Positions 52,908-62,187 of a stretch of DNA of 64,000 nt are shown here, one piece after another; the stretch's first letter is position 1, and each line of letters opens with the position of its first letter. The stretch is from sequence record PQ309151.1; one strand, 5' to 3'. A model generated the notes under the pieces. The model searched no databases, was not told the origin of the DNA, and saw only the letters and a program-made list of their open reading frames with translations. Position numbers and translations under genes: made by a program.

Positions 52908-54290
52908 TTAGTCCAATCCAGTCAGACCAGCCTGATTGGGATCGTCCGCTTTCACGAAGATCACCATCGCGACGAATGAACGGAAACCATTCGCCAGCAA
53001 ACCAACTCCATTCATCTTGGTTTGGATATGCGCTTTGAGCAACACGCCATTGACTTGTTTCACTTCGCCCTGATCCAGGAACATGATCTTCACATTCAGA
53101 CCAGGCTTGATGAGTTCGGGATTAGCATTCTCCCATTCGACCGTGTAGAAGTGTCCTTGTCCACGAGCCAAACGTGAAGTAGCCAGATACGGATTTGCCG
53201 TAATCCCTTCAGGCGACAGACGAACGTTGTTCTTTCCGTTAGCAGCTTGCTCGCCAACGAATTCACTGTTGTTCTGACTACGCCTTGCCAATGCCGTATT
53301 GTTACCGCCCTTGGAGAATCCCTGAACGATCTGGTTTGCATCTGCGAACATGACGCCATTACCAGCATTGTTCTGAATCTGACTTTTGTCAGATGTGATT
53401 CTCTTGTTACCTGTCGACAGGATGGTCGTGATGCCGTTCTGCGTGAGGTAAGTCTTTTCGACCTGAGGGAAGCGTTTAGCAGGAACAGAGATGATGACGA
53501 GCTTTTCCTTCGCATCATCAAAGCCCGCTGTGTCGTACGGAGGATACACGTACCAGATACGCTCATGAACAAACTGAGCCATGCCGGTCGGAAAGATACC
53601 GCCGCACTTCGTTTGTACGTAATCCGCCAAGTCTGAAAGCATGACGCCGTGTTCGATCACTACCTGAGACTGCTTATCGGTAGCGGCTGTCGGATGGATA
53701 TTTACACCCAACAACTTCTCGTCGTCATTGACTTCAATCTGACCACAGTTCATGGTGATCAGGTGCTTAACGAGATCCGCATTCGTAGTGTTGGTAAAAT
53801 TACCACCAACACTACACTTACTGATGTCGTCCAGCAACTTGGGTTTCAACTGGATATCCACGGTCACAAAGTCGAGCAGGTTCTGCACCTCTCGACTCAG
53901 GTTCTCCGCGTTGTTGTCTTCCGACATGAAAGGACGAGCCTTCGGGTCGATAGAGACATTGAACGTTTCAACAGTCACGGATCCAGCAGCACTGGATTTA
54001 TCGTAACTGTTGGGATTGAGCAATTCCGTTTTCAGAATGAACTCAAGATTTTCTTTGGCCGGGTAGATGTAAGACGTGTAGTCACCCAACATCATGACCA
54101 CACGAATCATCTTGATCGCCCCGTAGTTCAGTTCGTAATCGGCATGCTCGTCAATGTCCGTGATCTTGATCACGTCATGGGTTTGAGAACCAATCTTGAA
54201 CTGACCCGTATAGCTGTAGAAGTTGGGCTGGAAACTGGAATTCAATACCCGCTGGATATCAAAGTCCAATGGAGTGCTGTCGATGTTCAT
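52908..54290 (-). CDS. putative baseplate hub protein (phiKZ gp101-like)
   Basis: 460 aa; YVQTKCGGIFPTG...WYVYPPY; WENANPELIKPGLNVKI. Last gene of a structural block with phiKZ gp98-101-like order (synteny-based). Confidence 0.6.
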   Translation of the reverse strand: MNIDSTPLDFDIQRVLNSSFQPNFYSYTGQFKIGSQTHDVIKITDIDEHADYELNYGAIKMIRVVMMLGDYTSYIYPAKENLEFILKTELLNPNSYDKSSAAGSVTVETFNVSIDPKARPFMSEDNNAENLSREVQNLLDFVTVDIQLKPKLLDDISKCSVGGNFTNTTNADLVKHLITMNCGQIEVNDDEKLLGVNIHPTAATDKQSQVVIEHGVMLSDLADYVQTKCGGIFPTGMAQFVHERIWYVYPPYDTAGFDDAKEKLVIISVPAKRFPQVEKTYLTQNGITTILSTGNKRITSDKSQIQNNAGNGVMFADANQIVQGFSKGGNNTALARRSQNNSEFVGEQAANGKNNVRLSPEGITANPYLATSRLARGQGHFYTVEWENANPELIKPGLNVKIMFLDQGEVKQVNGVLLKAHIQTKMNGVGLLANGFRSFVAMVIFVKADDPNQAGLTGLD

Positions 54291-54988
54291 TGATAGCGAC
54301 TTCCCTTGTTATCCATGTACGACAGGAAGATGTCTCGCATGGACGGACGATCCGGCAGTTTCTTCGCTTCGGTGTCTTCTTTGGCTTCCGGCTTGTCGAT
54401 AACAGGCACCGTCGAGTACTTGTTGCGAACAGTGTATGCGTCGTGCTTTTCCTTGCCACGATCTTTGACGCGCTTGTCGACCGCCTCGAACATCGCATGG
54501 AGATTGATGATTTCTCGCTGAACACCTTCGGGGATGAACGTGCGAGCAAACTCCTCACCATACTCGTGACCTGCGTACTGGTACACAGCTTCAGCGAATT
54601 CGTCAATCTGTACCAGATCTTCAAACGGTACGTTGTGGTTGAACACCGTTCCCTGGATCCGCTTGGCCCAGTCGAACGTATAGTCCTGGCAGATCTCGTA
54701 GATCGCCTTCGTATCGTCACGCTTAACGATACTGACCATCGTGTGTTCGTGATAGTACTCCACCATCTGAGCGATGGGAATGTACACGGGAGCCTGCTGT
54801 TTCATCAGTTCCCGGTCTACGTTTTGATTACCCGATGTATGCAGGCCGTAGCGTTCCAGGTACGCCGTACCGTATCGAGCGATACGAGGTACCTTGCACA
54901 GCCAGACCCGACCCCACAACGGATACCGAGGATCATCGAAAGGGATGCTACTCGGATTAGGTGCAGGACGTTTCTTTTGTTCTGTCAT
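54287..54988 (-). CDS. conserved jumbo-phage protein (phiKZ gp100-like position)
   Basis: ATGA-coupled within the structural operon. Confidence 0.65.
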   Translation of the reverse strand: MTEQKKRPAPNPSSIPFDDPRYPLWGRVWLCKVPRIARYGTAYLERYGLHTSGNQNVDRELMKQQAPVYIPIAQMVEYYHEHTMVSIVKRDDTKAIYEICQDYTFDWAKRIQGTVFNHNVPFEDLVQIDEFAEAVYQYAGHEYGEEFARTFIPEGVQREIINLHAMFEAVDKRVKDRGKEKHDAYTVRNKYSTVPVIDKPEAKEDTEAKKLPDRPSMRDIFLSYMDNKGSRYQ

Positions 54989-56334
54989 AGCCTTCTGAGG
55001 TTGTACTTGATCAACAACAGGAGCAGCGGAATGTAGTAGAACCGTTCCACATGTCCCCAGTTGAGAATGTCGTCACACACTTTCAGAATATCGCGCGCGG
55101 CGATAATTTTAAAGTCGATGTAGTCCAGCAGCAGACTTTCGAGCAACGACAGATTCGTGTTGTCGCGCGTATAGAAGGCGCTGGAGAGGACGTAACCGTT
55201 GTCCATGTCGATGGGCTTGATGATCGGCATGGGAGCAATGGAGCCGTCCGTAGGAGGCGTGGGAGGTACGTACGCAGGCATTGTCGACTCGATGTTGATC
55301 GGAAGCAGAGGTTTCTGACATTCCTTGGCCATCATGAAGTCAACATTGGTCTTGGCGTCGACCGGATACACCACCTGAGCAATGCCCGAGTAGCGCATCG
55401 ATGCGAGCAGTGCCGAGCGATGGAAGTTCACACGTGACGTCAAACCAGTCTTCGTGTAGATGAAATTCATCAACTTCGGATCGCGATTGGAGAGCATCGT
55501 CCACAGACTCATGGAATTGATTGCCCCGTCGTCACCCACGTTTAGTTCGCGAATCGACTGGATGTGAACATCGTCGAACGAGTTCATGATCGACTTGACG
55601 AAATCCACGATGCCGTGGTCGTAAGTCGGCACATCCTGCATCGGTACGACGATCGTCATAAACTCACGACTGAAGTACTGGTTAAAGTACAACTGGATGT
55701 AGTCGTACCAGTAACCAGCGAGCTTCTTGCTGTTGGCGTAGTCGTCCTCAGTCAGCAGAGGGTTCTGCAGGTTGAGGAGGAAGTCCTTGACGAAGTAGTA
55801 CGTGATCTGGGTCTTCTGATCCAGGTCATAGATACGTGCCTTGTCGTTGATGGCAATCAGCTGATACTCGATCTGGTGGGCATGATCCACGAAGATCTGC
55901 ATCGCTTGCACCTTCGTTACTTTGAAGATGCCTTCACGACCATCGGCAATGCCGGCACGGAACATGTCGCCTTCCTGAGGAACCAGGAAAGGATAAACGT
56001 TCGCACCACCCATCAGCGTCATTTCGTTGGTGCCAGGATCTTGAGAAACCTGCGTCAAGTCCTGAGTCACTTTCAGTTCCATCGACCAGATGCGACGGTA
56101 CTGTTGGAGAGGGGCAGGCAGATCTGTGTCCTGTCCTTTGATCTCGCTATTCTTGTCGAGGATCTGCGAATAGTAATCCACTACCCACGGTGAACCTTCG
56201 ATATACGCAATCAGATCACTCTGCGGCGTATACTCAGTATCGATGACAGCGGTCTTCACCCCCGGCTGGAACGCACGGACGATGTCCGGCTTAGGCTGGG
56301 AGGGGGACTTGTCGGTATCTTCCCAAAGTGGCAT
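54985..56334 (-). CDS. virion structural protein (phiKZ gp99-like)
   Basis: YIEGSPWVVDYYSQ...PFLVPQEGDMFRAGIADGREGIFKVT, a conserved phiKZ-like virion pattern. Confidence 0.7.
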   Translation of the reverse strand: MPLWEDTDKSPSQPKPDIVRAFQPGVKTAVIDTEYTPQSDLIAYIEGSPWVVDYYSQILDKNSEIKGQDTDLPAPLQQYRRIWSMELKVTQDLTQVSQDPGTNEMTLMGGANVYPFLVPQEGDMFRAGIADGREGIFKVTKVQAMQIFVDHAHQIEYQLIAINDKARIYDLDQKTQITYYFVKDFLLNLQNPLLTEDDYANSKKLAGYWYDYIQLYFNQYFSREFMTIVVPMQDVPTYDHGIVDFVKSIMNSFDDVHIQSIRELNVGDDGAINSMSLWTMLSNRDPKLMNFIYTKTGLTSRVNFHRSALLASMRYSGIAQVVYPVDAKTNVDFMMAKECQKPLLPINIESTMPAYVPPTPPTDGSIAPMPIIKPIDMDNGYVLSSAFYTRDNTNLSLLESLLLDYIDFKIIAARDILKVCDDILNWGHVERFYYIPLLLLLIKYNLRRL

Positions 56335-56342
56335 TGCGACCT

Positions 56343-57905
56343 CTATTTCTTCGTGATTTCGTAAACGCCATTGACAGTCGTGAACTGCACAGTCTTCATG
56401 GCACGGTTAATGGTTCGCCCTTTGAGACACTCTGCGAACTTGTCGTACGTTTGCGGAGTAAGACCCTTGGCGATGATCTGGTCACACGGACGACCCGGCT
56501 GATTACCAGACGTCTTGGGCAGAATGTAATCCACGATCTGGTCGAATGCACAACGACTGTTACGCAGCCGTGCTTTCGCAGCTTCCGTGATGTACGTGAG
56601 GTCTGTGGCCACCGAGATACGCAGATGGTAGACCTTACGTTTGTTCAGAGGCTTCGTGCTCCAGATGTTCAGATTCTCATCCATGCGCAGCCAGGAACCA
56701 TCCATCAGGAGACGTCCCATGTAAAGCGAGACATTCACAGCTGACTGACGCTGGTTGGTACAGTAAGGAGCTTCTGAAGCGAAGAACTGTTTCATGCAGT
56801 CACTGAACTTGAAACCGTACGCATCTCCTTCGAGATCCGCCAGATTCATGAGCAGGTTGGGTTCACCATCCGGCTCATCCCCCACGAGCACAAGAGTCGT
56901 GACCACGCGCATCGTGTTCTCAGGAACATTACGCGGCATGAATTCATCGAACGTCGGGAAATAGCGGCCCGGGAAGTCACGATAGACTTCATTGACGTTG
57001 TTCATCGACTCGAATGACTTCAGATGTGCCATCGACCAGCTACGAGACTGCTGGTGATCCTGAAGACGCTGGAAGCCTTCTTCATTACGGAACATCTTGG
57101 GCAGGATCTGGTTGTGAACCGAGATCGGATACATGAAGTGGATATCCTTCGGCTTCTCATAACGCAGCACGTAAGGAATCTCGACTTCCCACACATCCGT
57201 TTCATCTTTACGCTGACCGAAGTCAGGCTCAGAGCCGATGTCAAAGAAACCAAGACAACGCATCTGGGTTTCACGGAAGACACCAATCTCATTCTTACCG
57301 GCCTGATCCGTGAGCAGACCATAACGCGGGTTCACCCACTGACCGAAGAAATCTTCAAATGTCTGACCGTAGCCAGCCACAGCTTCAGTCATCTCGTAGA
57401 TCTGTTTCAGGATGACCATGTACGATTCCGGCATACCGTACGAATACTTCAGGGTATGCAACCAGGTATCTTCCCGGTTGGGGATCTTCATGATCATGTA
57501 ATCGTACCAGCGGCGAGCGTCTGTTTTGTTCTTGGCGCGATAATGAATCGAGAACTTCATTTCCACCGATGCATAAATCGGACGCATCTCGATTTCGAGG
57601 TCGCGATTCAGAAAGAGTGGAATCTGTTCAGGCTGTTTGGTCACCATTGCAGGCAACCAGTCATTCACGTAGTTCTCCGAGACTTCGATGAAGATCTTGT
57701 CGGTCGTCGGCAGGCGAATGGTTTCGTATTTGTTCGAGATGTAACCGTGAGGCTGAGCCACCGTATCCGCATAACCCGGATAGTTGATGTTCATGTCTGC
57801 AGGCAGACCCAAACGGTCAATCAGAATTTCTTGGATCACAGCTACTGCGATCGCGCGAGTTACCGACTGATCGGATTCGCGGATAGGTCGTTGAATCTTG
57901 GGCAT
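56343..57905 (-). CDS. virion structural protein (phiKZ gp98-like)
   Basis: 520 aa; paired with the gp99-like gene; YHLRISVATDL near the C-terminus. Confidence 0.68.
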   Translation of the reverse strand: MPKIQRPIRESDQSVTRAIAVAVIQEILIDRLGLPADMNINYPGYADTVAQPHGYISNKYETIRLPTTDKIFIEVSENYVNDWLPAMVTKQPEQIPLFLNRDLEIEMRPIYASVEMKFSIHYRAKNKTDARRWYDYMIMKIPNREDTWLHTLKYSYGMPESYMVILKQIYEMTEAVAGYGQTFEDFFGQWVNPRYGLLTDQAGKNEIGVFRETQMRCLGFFDIGSEPDFGQRKDETDVWEVEIPYVLRYEKPKDIHFMYPISVHNQILPKMFRNEEGFQRLQDHQQSRSWSMAHLKSFESMNNVNEVYRDFPGRYFPTFDEFMPRNVPENTMRVVTTLVLVGDEPDGEPNLLMNLADLEGDAYGFKFSDCMKQFFASEAPYCTNQRQSAVNVSLYMGRLLMDGSWLRMDENLNIWSTKPLNKRKVYHLRISVATDLTYITEAAKARLRNSRCAFDQIVDYILPKTSGNQPGRPCDQIIAKGLTPQTYDKFAECLKGRTINRAMKTVQFTTVNGVYEITKK

Positions 57906-57947
57906 AAGTGGTCCCGTGTTGGTTCTATGTCAAAAGATCAGACGATA

Positions 57948-57977
57948 TACTACTCCTGGCTAATGCCAGGAGTAGTA
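57948..57977 (-). terminator. terminator hairpin
   Basis: 13-bp stem TACTACTCCTGGC/GCCAGGAGTAGTA. Confidence 0.7.
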
Positions 57978-57981
57978 TCGC

Positions 57982-58401
57982 TTATGCTTGTCGTTGCATG
58001 TAGTCAGGCAGATCCGGGAACGGCTGGATCGTTCCTTTCAATTCATGGGAGCAATCGGCCAGGAAATAGACTTCTCCAGGCATAGCTCCATTGCATCCGA
58101 CGAACGTATGGCAATGCATACATTCGAAATCTCGCTCTTCGTCAGGATGTTTTTCGTAGTACGTGCACCAGCAGCTATCGCCAGGCTTATGAGTCCTCAT
58201 GTAATGCCCGCTCGTGACATCTACGCTCGGACTGAAGACTGGTTTGTCCACGTCTCCATTCCATGACCAGTTCTGTCCTGGTTTACCACCTGCAGTGGTA
58301 ATGGAATGTGTCTCTTTACAACCCTGACACCAGTACGTCACACCGCTTCGACCACTGGTCTCATCTTTCCAGCTACGCAACTTGCTTGACAACAGTCCCA
58401 T
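57982..58401 (-). CDS. DUF6527-like Cys/His-rich protein
   Basis: YWCQGCKETH...WSWNGDVDKPVFSPSV...CHTFV...FLADCSHELKG signature. Confidence 0.75.
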   Translation of the reverse strand: MGLLSSKLRSWKDETSGRSGVTYWCQGCKETHSITTAGGKPGQNWSWNGDVDKPVFSPSVDVTSGHYMRTHKPGDSCWCTYYEKHPDEERDFECMHCHTFVGCNGAMPGEVYFLADCSHELKGTIQPFPDLPDYMQRQA

Positions 58402-58467
58402 GATGTTCTCGATAAAGATAATCCAAATGATCTACCAGTGGCCGAAGCCACTGGTAGGATCTTTCGT

Positions 58468-58746
58468 TTAGTCGTCGTGACTGCGAGTACGCTCACGGAA
58501 CCCGCTATGGCCGCGCATCTTGGCCTTCAGGTCCTTGTTGTTGCTGCTGACGCCTTGCCAGTCTGCAACGCTTTTAACGGCTCGTACGGCGGCATGACCG
58601 ACGTTCTTGGCCGAACCCACGACAGCTTCCTTCACGTCGTGTGCAGCGTTCTTTGCACCTTGCTTGGCATCATCTTTCCAGGAGTTCAGAGATACCTGAC
58701 TCTTGGTCGGACGGTTGCGTTGATCGAAGCCCATGTCAGTGTCCAT
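58468..58746 (-). CDS. small basic Lys/Ala-rich protein
   Basis: Overlaps the stop of the upstream head-protein gene; amphipathic AKQGAKNAAHDVKEAVVG repeats. Confidence 0.6.
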   Translation of the reverse strand: MDTDMGFDQRNRPTKSQVSLNSWKDDAKQGAKNAAHDVKEAVVGSAKNVGHAAVRAVKSVADWQGVSSNNKDLKAKMRGHSGFRERTRSHDD

Positions 58747-60046
58747 CCTTCTTCAGTTGCGCATGGTTGCCATTCGTGTGATTGAAATGGACAACGTACG
58801 TGCAAAGGTTCATGAAGGCATTGACGATACCGTCGACCAGACCGTAGTACATCAGGCCAGGCTGATCCATCGTCTTCTGGAAGAACTTCAGATCGTACAT
58901 CAGGAAGTTGCGCTGATCCTTCTTCTCATTCTTCGAGAAGAGACTTGCGCCGACCTTCTTGATCTTGGCCTCCATCGCAGCAATGAACGCAGCCTTGTCG
59001 CGTTGATACTGCTCCATCTTGTCGGCGGTAGCCTTCAGCTGCTTGTTCAGGAAGTTGATGTTCTCCAGCAGCTTCTCGGGATCCGCAAAGTTGCCTTCGA
59101 GGACCGCGTACTTGTTCAGGTTGATGACACCTTCGAGTTTCGTCTTCTTGATGACGAGACCGTCAACCCAACGCAAGTTCTGCTTCATCACGTCCTTGTC
59201 GGAGCTTCCGTACTTCGGAGGCTCAGGCATCTGGATGGTAATGAAGGTATTGTCGCCGAACTCTTCCGACGCATACACCTTGACATTGCCATTCTTGCCA
59301 CGAGTAGCCGCGAGGATCTTGCCGTCTTTCGTTTCCTGCAACGACATGGGCATCGGCTTGGAGGATTGTGAGTCGCCAATGATGCTTTCCTTGGCCGACT
59401 TGTTCATCTCATCCTGAGCCGAGAACACCTTCACCATTTCCGCGCCGATCTTGGCCAGATACGGACCATCCATCAGACCGTGGTTCGTGACGATGTGCTT
59501 CAGGATCTCGGGCTTGGAGACGTCGCACTTGACGAAGAAGCCATGTGCGCCAATCGGGTAAGGACCAGACTTCTTTTCCTCATCCGACTTCTTCGAGTTG
59601 GCTTCCTTGACTTCAGCAGCCTTCGTCGCCAGTTCGCTCGCCTTCTCTTCGTGGTCCTTGTTGCGCGTGAAGATGCGCTTGATCAGACCCCATACCCATT
59701 GGAACGCTTTCTTGATCGCATTGATGATCGACATGAAAACGTTCTTGATACCTTCACCGATATCCTTCAACGCCTCATTACTGATTTCATGCGGCGTGAA
59801 AGACTGCAGGTCAGGAATCGACTTGTTCGGATTTCCGCCGATACGTCCCAGACGCAGGAACGATTCCACGGAATGCTGGACGAGTTTATACGCCGTCTCA
59901 TCGAGTCCCTTATCGCCGTCAACCATCAGGTCCTGGGTGTACGTCAAGGATTCCAGGGTCTGAATAGCGGTTTCGACTTTCTCGTTATCGTGAGCATAAG
60001 CCTGGAGGTCCAGATCCAAGCTATCGTTATAGGTGAGTGAGCTCAT
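58736..60046 (-). CDS. internal head (inner-body) protein, paralog 2
   Basis: Acidic propeptide with TLE and SNE sites, then the amphipathic IINAIKKAFQWVWGLIKRIF helix shared with 60154..61470. Confidence 0.78.
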   Translation of the reverse strand: MSSLTYNDSLDLDLQAYAHDNEKVETAIQTLESLTYTQDLMVDGDKGLDETAYKLVQHSVESFLRLGRIGGNPNKSIPDLQSFTPHEISNEALKDIGEGIKNVFMSIINAIKKAFQWVWGLIKRIFTRNKDHEEKASELATKAAEVKEANSKKSDEEKKSGPYPIGAHGFFVKCDVSKPEILKHIVTNHGLMDGPYLAKIGAEMVKVFSAQDEMNKSAKESIIGDSQSSKPMPMSLQETKDGKILAATRGKNGNVKVYASEEFGDNTFITIQMPEPPKYGSSDKDVMKQNLRWVDGLVIKKTKLEGVINLNKYAVLEGNFADPEKLLENINFLNKQLKATADKMEQYQRDKAAFIAAMEAKIKKVGASLFSKNEKKDQRNFLMYDLKFFQKTMDQPGLMYYGLVDGIVNAFMNLCTYVVHFNHTNGNHAQLKKDGH

Positions 60047-60071
60047 CGGTTTCCTTAATTAGACGTCATAA

Positions 60072-60109
60072 GAGAATACCCAGGAGCCCGAAGGCTCCCG
60101 GATATTCTC
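60072..60109 (-). terminator. terminator hairpin between inner-body paralogs
   Basis: GGAGCC-cgaa-GGCTCC core with GAGAATA/TATTCTC outer stem, followed on minus by TTATGAC. Confidence 0.65.
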
Positions 60110-60153
60110 AGTGACTAACTAACCGAAGTCAGTTACCGGCACGAAGCCAAGGA

Positions 60154-61470
60154 TTACTCCTTGTTTTCGTACTGGCGAGCCGACAGCTCAGCGTACTGCA
60201 GCGAAGCAGCCATGCCACGGATCGAGTGCGACGCGAACGAAGCAGCCGGTTCGTCCATCAACTTGCGGAACAGCGTTGCCGAAGCCTTGGCCTTCTTCTC
60301 GGCGTCGCCCTTGGTGTCGCCGGCTTCGCGCGAAGCGCCCGACGCGAACTTTTCCAGCTTCGCGATGAACTTCGACTTGTTGTTGTTGATGTCCGTCAGG
60401 TTGCGCTTGTACTCGCTGACTTCGCCTGCGAACTTCTCGACAGCTTCTGCGAAGCCGCGGATTTCGTCCGGCGTCAGGACCTTCAGCGTCTTGCCTTCGT
60501 CCTTCTTGTCGGACAGGCTGACCGAGCCGGCCTTGACCTTCGCAGCAGCTTCTTGAGCAGCCTTGACGTCGCCGCCTTGACCTGCCTTCGGAACCGCGAT
60601 GTACACGACGGACTCGCCCGGGAAGCGCGAGGTCACGAACACTTGCACGTCGCTTTCAGCCGTCACGCGCTTCGCGGTGCCAGCGTCAGCTTGCTTCAGG
60701 CCGTATTCAGCCGGCGACACGCCTTCCGTACGGTCGTTCGCGAGGTCCGTTGCCTTGCCGAAGACGTCCGAGAACGCCTTTTGCTGGCTGAACAGCTTCT
60801 TCGCTTCTGCTGCCAGACCTTGCAGGTCGGCGACCTTGACCGGCTGGCCGTTCACGCGCACGCTGTTGTACAGGCTGTCGTTTTCGAGGTTCGGCTCGGT
60901 GGCTTGGCCGCTGAGCTTGGTCGTCGATTCCTTCAGCTTCGCAGCGCGAGCTTGCAGACGTTCGGCCGCGCCGAAGATCTTGTTGAAGAAGTTGCGCACC
61001 CACTCGATCGACTTCTTGATCGCGTCGACGATCGATTGCCAGATCTTCTTGGCGGAGACTTCGAGGGCTTCGACCGTGGCCTTGCCCAGCGCAGCGCGGT
61101 TCGAACGCGTACGGAACGATTCCGCCGACGGGATGCCGAGTTGCTTGTACGTCACGCCGATGCGGGCGACCTTGAGCAGCGTTTCGACGGACGTTTCGAT
61201 GATCTCGGCCGTGTTCTCGTCGATGCCTTCGCCTTCGTTCGCTTCCGCGACTTGTTCGGCGATGGTTTCCAGGCCGTCGGCTGCAACAGCAGCTGCGTCG
61301 ATCTGGTCGTTGCCCGTGTTGATCGCTGCTTCGTCGGCGTTGATTTCGCTGACGGCCGATGCCAGGGTGTTGGTTTCGTCCGGAGCGATTGCGTCAGCGC
61401 CGGTCATGGTGTCTGCGGCGTCGAAGTTTTCGTTCGAGTGCAGGATGCCGCTTTGCGGAAGGAAAGACAT
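60154..61470 (-). CDS. internal head (inner-body) protein, paralog 1 (phiKZ gp93/gp162/gp163 type)
   Basis: Multiple (S/A/G)xE sites (SNE, GLE, SAE, ALE), then VDAIKKSIEWVRNFFNKIF. Extreme GC3 bias. Confidence 0.82.
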   Translation of the reverse strand: MSFLPQSGILHSNENFDAADTMTGADAIAPDETNTLASAVSEINADEAAINTGNDQIDAAAVAADGLETIAEQVAEANEGEGIDENTAEIIETSVETLLKVARIGVTYKQLGIPSAESFRTRSNRAALGKATVEALEVSAKKIWQSIVDAIKKSIEWVRNFFNKIFGAAERLQARAAKLKESTTKLSGQATEPNLENDSLYNSVRVNGQPVKVADLQGLAAEAKKLFSQQKAFSDVFGKATDLANDRTEGVSPAEYGLKQADAGTAKRVTAESDVQVFVTSRFPGESVVYIAVPKAGQGGDVKAAQEAAAKVKAGSVSLSDKKDEGKTLKVLTPDEIRGFAEAVEKFAGEVSEYKRNLTDINNNKSKFIAKLEKFASGASREAGDTKGDAEKKAKASATLFRKLMDEPAASFASHSIRGMAASLQYAELSARQYENKE

Positions 61471-61602
61471 GTGGATTACTCCATTGCAATGAAGGTTACT
61501 AAGAGGCCCTTAGTTTAAAACACCTACTCTCGTAGGATCCTGAAAAACGTGCATTCTAAACTATATGCCTAAAAACACACGTTTTAGTTTCTCACCAAAC
61601 AA

Positions 61603-62187
61603 TTAAGAGCCAAAGAGGACGCGAAGGGTGAAAAGCATGTCGCTCAGACCATCCCGTTGTCCCAGCCAGCTACGCAGGAAGTCCCGGATGAGGACGGGTT
61701 CGTTGTTATACCGGCCGAGCAGGTATTCGCGCGTGGCAACTCCGATCGTCCAGGCATTGTGCTTACCGATGTCCAGTGTGTCCACGTAGATCATCGGATG
61801 GTACTTCCGGAAACCCGTATACACGTAACAGACCGTCTCGTCAACGAAGCGGTTCTGCATCGTGTCAAAATATGGGTTGTGTTTTTGTTTTTCGATCCAT
61901 TCGTTGATGGTCAAGGTGCCGAAAGCGCCGAGGGCTGAGCGATACAGGCGTTCGCGAAATGCGAAATCCCGCTTGAGCAAGTCCTCGTGCTTCGTGATCT
62001 CTTTCCAGAGTTCCTCGATGTCCGAATTTGGAGTGATGTCGTTTGCTTCCGACTCCAAAGTGATACGTCGAGTTGCAGCACCTATAAGATCCACCTGAAT
62101 GGGTTTGTTGACCTGAGCCTTACGGTACTCGATGGGTGCACCGAGAAAACCGTTCGGATAGAGTTTCAACCCACCGAAGATTTTCAT
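61603..62187 (-). CDS. conserved head-region protein
   Basis: TAATG coupling; ITLESE site; lies in the gp89-93-like block. Confidence 0.7.
   Translation of the reverse strand: MKIFGGLKLYPNGFLGAPIEYRKAQVNKPIQVDLIGAATRRITLESEANDITPNSDIEELWKEITKHEDLLKRDFAFRERLYRSALGAFGTLTINEWIEKQKHNPYFDTMQNRFVDETVCYVYTGFRKYHPMIYVDTLDIGKHNAWTIGVATREYLLGRYNNEPVLIRDFLRSWLGQRDGLSDMLFTLRVLFGS

Noticed and set aside
4031-60109. Intergenic hairpins as a REP/MITE-like mobile repeat family or tRNA fragments
   Set aside because: The stem sequences differ from each other, sharing only loop type and the flanking TATG. They occur singly at gene ends, with no cloverleaf, T-loop/CCA context or target-site duplications.
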